The position numbers and the translations under genes are program-made. A stretch of 64,000 bases of DNA, taken from Eledone cirrhosa. Its lineage: Eukaryota. How positions within the stretch are numbered: position 1 is the stretch's first letter; each line of letters starts with the position of its first letter. The stretch lies in contig OZ024741.1 of assembly GCA_964016885.1 (NCBI GenBank), positions 377,022,001-377,086,000 of the forward strand. The letters are read 5' to 3'. The notes beneath the pieces are model-generated. The model ran no database searches. It was not told the origin of the DNA and was given only the letters and a program-made list of their open reading frames with translations. Positions 1 through 12,122 of this stretch are shown here, piece by piece.

Positions 1-229
1 TTAAAAGACAGAGTGGCTCATCGTAAATTCAAAGGAATATAAATTAAAATAAAGGGATACTGTTACATAATATAATGTTCCATATATTGGTTTTTACTAT
101 GATGTCTTGGTTGCATCAGTTGTCAGCCATAATCAAGCAGTATTCATCTGTCGAGGCTATTGTGTGAGATCTGCAATCTTTTAATAATGTCTTCTTTGTC
201 AAATTTGTGGTCTTGTTTTGCTTAACTAA

Positions 230-487
<258 letters not shown>

Positions 488-527
488 CAAAGTTGAAAAT
501 TGCAAACTTGACTGTCACCACACATTA

Positions 528-566
528 TGAACCTGAAGATTGCGAAAGCATGAAAGTACTTGTTCA
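528..566 (+). ncRNA. Minimal type I hammerhead ribozyme
   Basis: tgaac-CTGAAGA-t-tgc-gaaa-gca-t-GAAA-gtac-TT-gttca. Stem I tgaac/gttca, stem II tgc/gca with GAAA loop, palindromic stem III agtact. Confidence 0.75.
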
Positions 567-681
567 ATTAACACTTAACATTTAATATTCTACCATACTA
601 TTTCATTCCAATACCATTATAAATTTTAAAGGATTGTAAATAAAACGAGTAAATCAGACAAAGTTGGAATTCCTTTTATTA

Positions 682-723
<42 letters not shown>

Positions 724-725
<2 letters not shown>

Positions 726-3700
726 TTCACCACTGGATAGAGCTGGTCAATTCCGTATGGTCAATCGCAATGTAATAATATAGAGAGTACTCAACGTAAA
801 GCAGTTCAACCGTCTTTGTTTTTGTAGTTGGTGGTGCTATTACAGAGGTAAACATTATAATGAAATGACAGGAGGCTGGATTTATGTAAATCCTTGAAAG
901 GTTTATTATACTATGATCATTTCAATGACCGGGTTCCGTATGAATCCGGTGATATCATCAGGTATTCGAAATCTAATACGTGAATGTAATAGATAAAATC
1001 CATGGGGCTGAAAATCAAGGACCCGTGGGCGACCGCCATCCAGCATCTTCTACCTTTGCGGGTCGCCCTCGAGTGACGTGGCTAAAGCTTACTGTGTGCT
1101 ACTACCGGTCAAATAAAGGAAAATAGAAAGGGATAGGAACATAAGTTAGCGTTAATATCATGCCACAAGAAAGAAAGAAAGAAAGAAGGGGAAAGGAAGA
1201 AGAAGAGAAGCCAGGGTTAATGTCAGCTATAAGAAGAAAGACAGAAAGAAAGAGGAGGAAAGGTCGGTATTACAGTCAGGCCAGGAATGGCGCGAAAACA
1301 ATTTTTTTTGACAGGGACCCGTATCTTAGCAGAGGTAAATATAGCGGGGGTCAGTGTGCTATAATGTGTGAGCAGAGGATTGTAACGTTACGTTTTTGTT
1401 TAGATTTATAGGATGAAGTTAAAAATTAATATTTAATATTAAAGAAATTAGAAAATTTAAAGTTTAACATTTTTAAGGTTGCGAGGTTTAGGCAAAGAAA
1501 GAGTCTTTTATGAAGACACTTAAATTTTATTATAGAGTAAAGATTATGTCTTTGTTTAGCCGTCAAACAGCATGAGGCGACCAAAAATCTTGGGCAGCCG
1601 AGCCCATCACTCCGAGTGATATCGCCTAGCGAAAGATATGGAAATCGATTTTTCCGAGCACTCTAGGAATGTATAACAGGCTTCAGTTGCGCCAGCAAGA
1701 AGTCAGCCCGCATCGTTAGGCCATTCTTGTACAAAACCTGTACTATTCCTTTACCCAGGAGGGGGCGGGGGTTGCTTAAGTAGAGGGAGGCGTGATATAT
1801 CTAATAGTTCTGATTTTATCTGTAATTTAAAGGTACAATGTGGCGGTTAAAAAACCGGCTGCGCGCCGGGCCCTTGGGGCGAATCAAGCCACTCCGAGTA
1901 GTTTCATTTACCGAAAGAAGGGGAAATTTAGTTTTCCAAGCACTCAAGGTAGGCCTATGCGTCAGGAGGCCGGTCCCGCCGCCAGGAAAACCAACCTAAC
2001 AGTCCGACAGAAAGTTGGAACGTTAAAACATTGTTTAAATTTATAGGATGAAGTTGAACGAATTCAGAATAACATTATAATATTATAAAATTAAAGAGTA
2101 AGAAGATTGAGAATTGAACAAACATAAAATTGAAAATTAAACTTTAAAAAAAACTTTTTAAAGGTTTTGGGTTTCGGGATTTAGTTAAAGAGAGTCTTTT
2201 ATGAAGAAACGTTAATTGTATTATGTAGATCTTCTATAATTTATCCTAGTGGGATGTAGAGTAAGGGATATAGTCGGGTAATATTTATTTTTGTTCTCAG
2301 GGGGAGACATTCTAGTGTCGTGTGCTAATGGGTACAAGTGAGCAAAAGTCCCAATAAGAGGAGTAGAAATACATGGATACATAGAAGAAAAGTGGAAAAG
2401 CACATTGATAAAGCAAAGGTATAAATATATAAATATATAAATATAAATATAAATATATAAATAAACCAACAAGAGTGGTGGTGGAGTGAGATGGAGAAAT
2501 CAAGACATAGGAGAAATACAATATAGTTCAGGTTGCAGTATTTATGTTCCCTGGGGGAGACATTCCAGTGTGGTGTGCTAAGGGTACACGCGAGTAAAAG
2601 TCCGAATAAGTGAAGTAAAAAGTACTTGGATGTATAGAAGTAGAATACGTGGAAAAAGCATTAATACAGCAAAGGTATAAAGATATAAAGATATAAATAA
2701 ACAAACAAGAGTGGTGGTGGAGTAAATGGAGAGATCAAGACACAGGAGAAGTACAATATAGTTCAAACTGCAGTCAGATAATGCATATAGATGTGGAAAT
2801 GGAATCAGTGTGTGTTCGAGTCTGTGAATTCAGTGTGAGTTATACATGCCCTGAAGTATAGGGTAGCGGATTTAGTTAATACAGTGCAGTACAATACATG
2901 CTATGCTATAATCCGTAGAATTTCGTCGGAGTCCGAATATTCTGAGAGGGAAGTAGCAATGAGCCAGCTGGGCGGTAGGCAGATACACTGAGTAGCCAAA
3001 ATCCGAATGGTGGTTAGATATATTCAGTCCCATGCCGCTGTTCATTATTACATTTGAAAGTGCTCAACATTCCAGGAGCATTATTTATTCAGGTTTGAGG
3101 TTCACCACTGGATAGAGCTGGTCAATTCCGTATGGTCAATCGCAATGTAATAATATAGAGAGTACTCAACGTAAAGCAGTATTTCTCCTATGTCTTGATT
3201 TCTCCATCTCACTCCACCACCACTCTTGTTGGTTTATTTATATATTTATATTTATATATTTATATATTTATACCTTTGCTTTATCAATGTGCTTTTCCAC
3301 GTATTCCACTTCTATGTATCCATGAATTTCTACTCCTCTTATTGGGACGTTTGCTCACTTGTACCTATTAGCACACGACACTAGAATGTCTCCCCTTAAG
3401 AACAAAAATAAATATTACCCGACTATATCCCTTACTCTACATCCCAGTAGGATAAATTATAGAAGATCTACATAATACAATTAACGTTTCTTCATAAAAG
3501 ATCTCTTTATCTAAACCCCGCAACCTTAAAACAGTTTTTTTTTAAGTTTAATTTTCAATTTTATGTTTGTTCAATTCTCAATCTTTTTACGCTTTAATTT
3601 TATAATTTTATAATATTATTCTGAATTCTTTCAACTTCATGCTATATATTTAAACAATATTTTAACGTTCCAACTTTCTGTCGGACTGTTAGGTTGGTTT

Positions 3701-5048
3701 TCCTGGCGGCGGGACCGGCCCCCTGGCGCATAGGCCTACCTTGAGTGCTTGGAAAACTAAATTTCCCCTTCTTTCGGTAAATGAAACTACTCGGAGTGGC
3801 TTGATTCGCCCCAGGGGCCCGGCGCGCAGCCGGTTTTTTAACCGCCACATAGTACCATTAAATTACAGATCAAATCAGAACTATTAGATATATCACGCCT
3901 CCCTCTACTTAAGCACCCCCCGCCCCCTCCTGGGTAAAGGAATAGTACAGGTTTTGTACAAGAATGGCCTAACGATGCGGGCTGACTGAAGCCTGTTATA
4001 CATTCCTAGAGTGCTCGGAAAAATCGATTTCCATATCTTTCGCTAGGCGATATCACTCGGAGTGATGGGCTCGGCTGCCGAAGCTTGTGGTCACCTCATG
4101 CTGTTTGACGGCTAAACAAAGACATAATCTTTACTCTATAATAAAATTTAAGTGTCTTCATAAAAGACTCTTTCTTTGCCTAAACCTCGCAACCTTAAAA
4201 ATGTTAAACTTTAAATTTTCTAATTTCTTTAATATTAAATATTAATTTTTAACTTCATCCTATAAGTCTAAACAAAAACGTAACGTTCCAATCTTGTGCT
4301 CACACATTATAACACACTGACCCCCGCTATATTTACCTCTGCTAAGATACGGGTCCCTGTGAAAAAATTTTTTTTTTCGCGTCACTCCTGGCCTGACTGT
4401 AGTCTCACATTAATATCGACCTTTCTTCCTCTTTCTTTCTATCTTCCTTCTTGTAGCCATCAACCATGTCTTTTCTACTTCTTCCTTTTCTTCCTTCTCT
4501 TTTCCCTTCTTTCTGTCTTCCTCCCGCTGACTTATCATCCTTCCCCTTTTTGTTTGCCTATATTTGACCGGTGGTACTTGTTAAGATACGGGTCCATTAG
4601 AATAAACAAATTTCTTCGCGACAATCCTGGCCTGACTGTAATACCGCCCTTTCCTCCTCTTTCTTTCTGTCTTTCTTCTTATAGCTGACAGTAACCCTGG
4701 CTTCTCTTCTTCGTCCTTCCCCCTTCTTTCTTTCTTTCTTTCTTTCTTTCTTGTGGCATGATATTAACGCTAACTTATGTTCCCATCCCTTTCTATTTTC
4801 CTTTATTTGACCGGTAGTAGCACACAGTAAGCTTTAGCCACATCACTCGAGGGCGACTGGCAAAGGTAGAAGATGCTGGATGGCGGTCGCCCTCGGGTCC
4901 TTGATTTTCAGCCGAATGGATTTTATCTATTATATTTCGAATACCTGATGATATCACCGGATTCATACGGAACCCGGTCATTGAAATGATCATAGTATAA
5001 TAAACCTTCAAGGATTTACACAAATCCAGCCTCCTGTCATTTCATTAT
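724..5048 (-). mobile_element. Non-autonomous Penelope-like element with partial tandem pLTR and ~1.7-kb inverted copy
   Basis: About 725-805 is directly repeated at about 3100-3180. 857-2519 is inverted-repeated at 3179-5048. Both ends abut (TA)n. A CTGATGA...GAAcccggTC hammerhead-like motif lies at ~925-965 (-) and ~4940-4980 (+). The terminus is homologous to 54035-54300. No RT or endonuclease ORF is present. Confidence 0.65.
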
Positions 5049-5463
5049 TATATATATATATATGACCAAGACTAAACAGAAAGAATGAATGGAATAACAA
5101 CAACACCCAAACAAACGACACTGACCTAAGAGAAGTATAAATAAGTAAATAAAATAAAATAAATAAATAAATACATACACAAGCACAATAACAACAAGCA
5201 CATAAACACACACTAGTCACCCATCACACATCAAACAAAACACTATACACACACGCAAACGCATACGCAAAGAAGACAAAATAAAATAAACAAAGAAGCA
5301 AATAAATAAATAAATAAATATATATACAGACTGAATAAAAAGGACGTGGACATACAATACAACAGTAGGAAACGATAGCACCACTGACGATGTTGCAGAT
5401 GTGCAACGAAAGATTTATGATAAACTATATATATGTGTTTGTGTCTATATCTGTATTATTTAT

Positions 5464-5565
5464 CGAGGTTGACTTTGCCTTTCATCCTTACGGGGTCGAT
5501 AAAATAAAGTACCAGTAATGCACTGGGTATGTGCTGGCCTTGTGCCTAAAGTAGAAACAATTATT
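5464..5565 (+). mobile_element. 5'-truncated tRNA-derived SINE (family A, Meta/MESC-like central domain)
   Basis: gaggttgactttgcctttcatccttacggggtcgataaaataaagtaccag...gctggccttgtgcctaaagtagaaacaattat, near-identical to copies at 14143 and 58851. Confidence 0.85.
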
Positions 5566-5726
5566 TATGACCGTTATTCAGTCAATGGCAACATTGAGGT
5601 CCGAGTAAGTTAGATTACCGATATAAAAGAAATAGAAGCGAGAAGCGAAAACCAACCAAACAGTGAGTGTGTTCTGTTATTACTTCTGGCAATATTACAC
5701 AAATATGACCCTCCCCAAGTATAACA

Positions 5727-5732
<6 letters not shown>

Positions 5733-5803
<71 letters not shown>
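5733..5803. repeat. (TA)n microsatellite at the 5' insertion point of the Naiad-type PLE
   Basis: Pure TA run directly abutting the inverted pLTR. Confidence 0.95.
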
Positions 5804-5808
<5 letters not shown>

Positions 5809-5827
5809 TATTAAAATAACAGATTAA

Positions 5828-5878
5828 AGTTTAAGCAAACAATCGCTGCTTTCACCCTTAACGGGATCTTCTGAAACT
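5828..5878 (-). ncRNA. Hammerhead-like motif of the Naiad pLTR (CAGAAGA core); further copies at 6156-6206 (+), 9394-9444 (+), 41229-41279 (+)
   Basis: agttt-CAGAAGA-t-ccc-gttaa-ggg-t-GAAA-gca...tgc-TT-aaact. All three stems form, but the core carries U4A. Confidence 0.55.
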
Positions 5879-6360
5879 AACAAAGTCACTCTGTAAACGA
5901 AGAAGTGGATATTTCAAAAAACGTTGCAACCGGAGCAAGACAGGAAGATGATACTTTGGTTCGTGGAAATGTTCCCTGGCAAAGAACGGGAAAAAACGAA
6001 TATAATACGTCGTTAATAGGAGCGGTGAAAAACTATTACGCGCCCCGGTCTTTGCCAGGGAACCGTTCCACGAACCAAAGTATTGTCTTCCTGTCTTCCT
6101 CCGGTTGAAACGTTTTTTGAAATATTCACTTCTGCGTTTACAGATTGACTTTGTTAGTTTCAGAAGATCCCGTTAAGGGTGAAAGCAGGGATTCTTTGTT
6201 TACACTTTAATCTGTTATTTTAATAAATATTTGCTCTACGGCTCTTATATATTTGATATATATTTATCCTTATCGTGCCCTCTTTGGATGTTAGTCTTCA
6301 AATTGATTATTATTACTATTTGGCTCCCTCGGTTGAGCACTCTATTGACTTATATTCATC

Positions 6361-8459
6361 ATGCAGAAAAAACATCTGAATATTTCTGCAAAGAACATAC
6401 CCGTACCAAGCTGGAAAACATACCTAAAACTCCTGATACAGAAATCAGACGCGTTCATTGAAAGGTTGCGTTGGCGTGCCTTTTATTTCGATAATCCGCG
6501 AAAAGCAGACAACAAACAGGATAAATTTGGATTTAAAACCTATAATAACCCCCGTGTAACCTAGCTTTGCTACCCTTCAAAAATGATGTCTTGGAACTCA
6601 TACGGAGTATCAAATTTCGGAATAGGAGCAATTCCTTCCAGCAGGACCTGATGAATAGAATTCGTTCTATTAAGGATTATAATGCCGTGCACGTCCATTC
6701 CGATAAAACTGGCAACCTATATCAATGGTCAACGCAGTACTTACCATCAACTACTACATAATGCTGTAACTAAGGTTTACCGTAAAACTAATCGGTGCGT
6801 CATCAATGAAATCAACGATGCTGGGTTTAAAATCACCTCTGATCTCAACATCCTGGACAGGACCGAACCTCTGGACCTTATTTCTCACCACTTTACCCTG
6901 AAGGATATCAAATCCAATTTTCCGAACAACCCCTCTATTCGGCTTATTAACCCTACGAAGTCCGATTCTGGTAGACTTAGTAAACGGATTCTTGATAGAA
7001 TTATACCTGAAATTAGAAGTTTGGCCCCTCTTGCACTGTGGAACAATTCTTTCACGGTGATTGATTGGTTCAACGGCATATGCAACAAGGAACATTGCCG
7101 TTTTATCCAATTCGACATCAACAATTACTACTCCTCCATCACTTTACCACTTCTCCTTAGAGCTATCAATTTCGCTAAAACACTCACAGTGGTTAAGGAT
7201 TTCGAAGTTGATGTCATCCTCAATGCCCGTTAGCCGGTGATTGATTTCGACGACTCTATTTGGATTAAAAAATCCAGTAGTACTACATTCGACGTGAGTA
7301 TGGGCGCCAGAGATTCTGCGGAGGTTACTGATCTTATCGGCCTTTTCCTTATTTTCTCTATCAAGGACGAATTCCCCAACGCGGGCGGTGTTTTGTACCG
7401 TTATGATGGTCTTTTGACCATGACTAAATGCGGACCTCGTGCTTGCGACAGGTTCAGAAAAGAACTCAAAGTCTTCTTTAAAGGCTTCAACCTCTCTACA
7501 CAGGTTGAGGCCAATCTTTCGGTCGTTAATTACCTTGACGTTACTCTCAATTTATCGAATGGGTTGTATTACCCGTATAGAAATCCGAATGATACGCTTA
7601 ATTACATAAGTAAGCATTCTAACCATCCTGTCAGCATAACCAATAACCTGGTAAGAAACGTTCTTTGAAGCTTTCCCGTCTTTCCACTAACGAGAATATT
7701 TTCAACGACCATTCCACTTATTTCAATGAAGCTCTTGCTCGGAGTGGATTTGTCGATAAGGTAGTATATACAGAGTACGAAAATAGACCTAGAAGAAATA
7801 GATCCCGTTGCATCTGTTGGTATAACCCACCATATAATATGGAGGTGGCCACACCATTAGGTAATATCTTTCTTTCCCTTATTACGAAGCATTTTCCCCC
7901 TACACATAAATATAGTAAATTTTTTAATAGAAATACTATTAACATTTCTTACTCTACGACTCCTAACCTTGCACATAACATCACAGCTTCAAATTTAGCT
8001 AAACTACCTAGCCGTAGGAACACGTGCAACCCTGTAGTTAGTACTAACTGTAATTGTAGGAATCGGGTTGATTGCCCCATATCCGGGAAATCCATCTCTC
8101 GTAACATTGTCTACAAATGTAAGGTTAAAACACCCACGTCCCGTAGGGCCTACATAGGGTTACATGCATACCCATTCTTTTCGTTACCCTCTAAGAAGGA
8201 ATATGACGTCACTTTCAGCTTATATCTGGAGTCTAAAAGACAACCACACCCAATATAAGTTACACTGGGAGATCCTAGCTAGGGCTAGTCGTATAACGGC
8301 AATAAAAGACCATGTGACCTCTGCGCCGCTGAGGCCCTGGAAATACTCTACGCCACAGACCACATCTTAAACAAAAATTCTGAGGCTATTTCGGCTTGTA
8401 AACATAAATTGCACAAAACTTTCCTTTATTGCAGCCCCACGTTTTACCCTAACGGATAG
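6361..8459 (+). pseudogene. Frameshifted PLE polyprotein: reverse transcriptase + CxC zinc finger + GIY-YIG endonuclease
   Basis: Motifs across ORF fragments: FIERLRWRAFYF, IRLINPTKSDSGRLSK, FIQFDINNYYSSI, FDVSMGARDSAEVTDLIG, LYRYDGL (degenerate YRDDG), NYLDVTLNL..YYPY..SNHP, WYNPPY, CNCRNRVDCPISG..NIVYKC..YIG, LNKNSE..CKH. Multiple stops and frameshifts. Confidence 0.92.
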
Positions 8460-11400
8460 TACGATCTATACGTGGATATTTTACGTCTTGATGTGGTAGC
8501 TAAGTATATGTTTTGTTTATACCATTACTTATTTGCATAGGTAAGTATATATTACCTGTATGTTTTGTGAAGATACGTATACTTTCTCGTACGTATACTT
8601 GATTGTATATGTTATGGCGTATATTTTTTCATATAGTCTGGTACATATGGTTTGGTTATGTGTATACGGGAGTTTTGCGTCTGTGTGAGTATGCAGGTTC
8701 GTACGTATGTAGGGTGTGTGTATAATTGTACTTCATGTTTTGGTTGACTTACGTCTCCGAACATTTGTGTATTTACATGTATGTATGTGTGTGTGCTTGT
8801 TATATACGTATGTATTTATTTATATACGTTTATTTAATTATTTATTTATTTGTATACACGCATACACACACAATCATATTTGTATGTGAGTGGATTTGTA
8901 TACCTATGGCAAGTGTTTTCGCGTATGCTTGTGTATGTACGTATTTGCATGCGTGTATGTATTTATTTAATTTCTATTACCTCTGTATTGTATTTTATTT
9001 ACTTTATTCTTAACTCTGAGATTGATTCGGTTTCCTAGTTAGAATTTTAGTCTACGACTTCAGCTATACCATTTACATGGTTTTATCTTTGCGTGCAATT
9101 GTTCTCCACGGTCCACATATGACGTATTATCTTCGTTTTTTTCGTTCATTGCCAGAGAACGTCCCTATGAACCACCTAAAAGAACATTAGTCTACGACTT
9201 CTTTCATACCATAAACGTGGTTCTGTCTTTGCGCGTAATTGTTTTTCACCGCTCCTATTAATGACGTGTTATTAGTTTTTTCCCGTTCTTTGCCAGGGAA
9301 CGTTTCCACGAACCAAAGTATCGTCTTCCTGTCTTCCTCCGGTTGCAACGTTTTTTGAAATATCCACTTCTGCGTTTACAGATTGACTTTGTTAGTTTCA
9401 GAAGATAACGTTAAGGGTGAAAGCAGCGATTCTTTGCTTACACTTTAATCTGTTATTTTAATAATATTTGGTCTACGGTTCTTTATTATTTGATATATAT
9501 TTATCCTTATCGAGCCCTCTTTGGATTTTAGTCTTCAAATTTATTATTATTACTATGTATATATATATATACATATACATATGTATGTGCATTTTTTGTC
9601 AACAATAAATCATTCATCTCATATGAATTTCAAATTACTGCCATGGTGGTTGTTGATGATCTTATTACTGCTATTGATGCTGCGTTCCACCTAGGTTGAG
9701 ATAACCAATGGGCCACAATTTGTCCGCTGAAGGACATGTCTTGTCACGGAAGCAACTTGTGTGATATACTTTGTCTACTCGGTAATTGAGATTTGTGTTA
9801 CACACAGCAGGCACAAGCATGGTCAATTTTGTGCGAACGTGATAGATGCAATTCAGCTTCATTGATTGTTGTACCAGGAAGCCTAATGATGTTACTAATA
9901 TATCTTCATTTGTTTCTCTTACGTTTCCCCTCTATAGCTAAGTGAGATACGGCATGTTTAGGAAGCTTTGCTAATGTACTGACGTTTATTTACAGGTGTA
10001 TCTCTATATTACTTTTATTTTTGTATTGGCCATAAGATTTGTGCTTGAAGTTTGGTATGGTACTATTCTCAGCGTCCCTCATACCAACGCAGTCTTTTGA
10101 AATTTAATATTTCTTAGTTGTGTTCGAGTTCTGATATGAAGTCTGTACATTACCAGATATGATGTGTTTTATGCGTTGTTTCAGTTCCGCGATTTGTACT
10201 GTGGTTTATTTCTGAGGCATGAACGATCCAACTATAAATGGCTTTGTTTCAGATAATTTAATAAGTGTGTAGCGAATGTGTGTGGAGATGTATTTAATTT
10301 TCGGTGTCTGTGGTATGTCTACGTCATTGATGGTAATGATTGGCCGTGTTCTCATGTATTCTGGGAGATATGGATTCATTTCGCTTGGTATGTAATATGA
10401 GACGTTTGCTGAGGAGACACTGTTCCACTTAGTAGAAATATTATTAGTGTAGATAAGTATATACGTCAGGAGATGTTCTGAGATATGACTGTGATATCAT
10501 TTCCGTCTGTGTCTGTTTCTATGATTTTGGTAGTATCGAAAGTTTTGAAACAATGATGTAATGACTGACCTATGCGTTTAACCGTGGTTTCTGGGAGATT
10601 TTGCTCACACATTGCTTGTTCATATCATGAGTAATTAAATGTGTCGTTGTTGATGATGGAGTTACTGTATATTATATAGTTTATTTTATTGTTAGGTGTG
10701 TGGGTGTGCTTGAAAAATATAGCTCATTAATGTATTTATACGGTATGTCTTCATTTAGGCTGATTTTGTGTAACATATGTGTGGATGTAGAATACTACGT
10801 ATGATAAAGTTTTGGTTTTCATGAGATCAGCTATATCTAATGTCTAATCAGGGTTGTTTGGTATGTGGCCTTCTGCAATATGTTGTAGATGCATCTATGG
10901 ATACATTTTCGTACGTGTGTACTGCAGTGTCTATATTGGTAATAGTAGTGTGATATAATTTTGAAAATATTAATTCAGTCTCATTAAACGTTTATTTGAA
11001 ATGGATTATGTTATACAACTGCGTCGATTGGAAAATAAATGTTGTTCTATTATGCCACATGTAAATGCCCCTTTTATTTTCAATTTTATATTACATTTTA
11101 TTTCGGGGTACGTTTCCGAATACATGAAAGATGTGTTATGACCGCTTTTAATGATAGCACTCGTTCTCCGACTGTATTACTACACGGGAGAGATATTTCT
11201 ATGTATCAAATATACATTGTCTAAACGAAAGACTGGTCATGACATTTATGCAGTATATATCTCTTTCTTTGAAGATGGTAGTGAAGCTATCAGAAATATT
11301 TCATAAATGTCATACATGCTTGTAGATTTCTTTCTTTAACCTTATCAAGAAATATGTTTCAATATATTATAAGAGCCTGTTTCTTCTGCTAATTGAACAT

Positions 11401-11965
11401 TGTTTCCCAGAATATACAACGAAACGACACCATGATAACAAAAAAAAAAGAAAAAACATAGTCAGTAACTCTTCTCCACAACAACAATATTTTAAAGTTG
11501 CAACTTGAATAAAACAGAGATAGGTACTTCGTGGTTTTACGTATTTCACTGTTCATTATGGGGGATCTTAGACTCGCGGTTCTGATCTCAAACTATAGAA
11601 GCTCCAGGCCTGTGCAACGTTCACGCCCCTCCCAATCGATTATTGAAACGTTTGCATGAATATATTGTCACAGCTAGTGTGACTTCAGTAGAAATAATAA
11701 GGCTTTCACTACTGTGTCTAAATCTCAACATAAATATTTCTAGGATCAACAAGAACCTTACACAAAGAAATATTGCTTAGACATACGAACAGACAAATAG
11801 GGAGGGGGTTGTTACGGTGGTGGAGGGGGACGTAGAGAGGAGTTTTATGTCTTCATCTATCAGTGAAGGTAGATATTAATGAATTTATTCAACATCGAAC
11901 GAGATGTGGCACCTCTGCATTTAGACGTCTGATAAGACTAATGTATGTCTAACATAATCGTTTAT

Positions 11966-12122
11966 AATAATTGTTTCTACTTTTGGCACAAGGCCAGCAA
12001 TTATACCAGTGCATTACTGGCACTTTATTTTGTCGACCCCGTAAGGATGAAAGGCAAACATACCTCGGCGGGATTTGAATTCAGATCGCTGTGTAAGGAA
12101 GTTGCACTACCCACTCAGCTAT
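11966..12122 (-). mobile_element. tRNA-derived SINE family A
   Basis: Minus strand reads tagctgagtgg (A-box-like) ... aattcaaatcccgccgagg ... tttgcctttcatccttacggggtcgacaaaataaagt ... gctggccttgtgccaaaagtagaaacaattatt. Confidence 0.85.

Larger units (their letters stand above)
5804..9557 (+). mobile_element. Near full-length Penelope-like retroelement (Naiad-type) with inverted 5' pLTR and direct pLTRs
   Basis: pLTR 6051-6320 is directly repeated at 9289-9557. 5807-6043 is the reverse complement of ~9230-9465. Both ends lie in (TA)n. An internal RT + GIY-YIG ORF is present. Confidence 0.9.

Noticed and set aside
1840-2046. 68-aa ORF MAVKKPAARR... preserved in both arms (also 3642-3848) with a histone H1-like start
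   Set aside because: It uses a GTG start in one copy and has no recognisable domain. Its preservation is explained by the duplication of the arm.
8040-8110. Possible selenocysteine (TGA) recoding in Naiad zinc-finger motifs, as reported for some spider Naiads
   Set aside because: The Cys positions here and at 32839-32885 and ~17450-17480 use TGT/TGC. No in-frame TGA was seen at those sites.
9670-10950. Strand-biased region with TRPII-like and FLNMPY-like peptide remnants on the minus strand
   Set aside because: Probably a very old retroelement, but the motifs are too degraded to assign.
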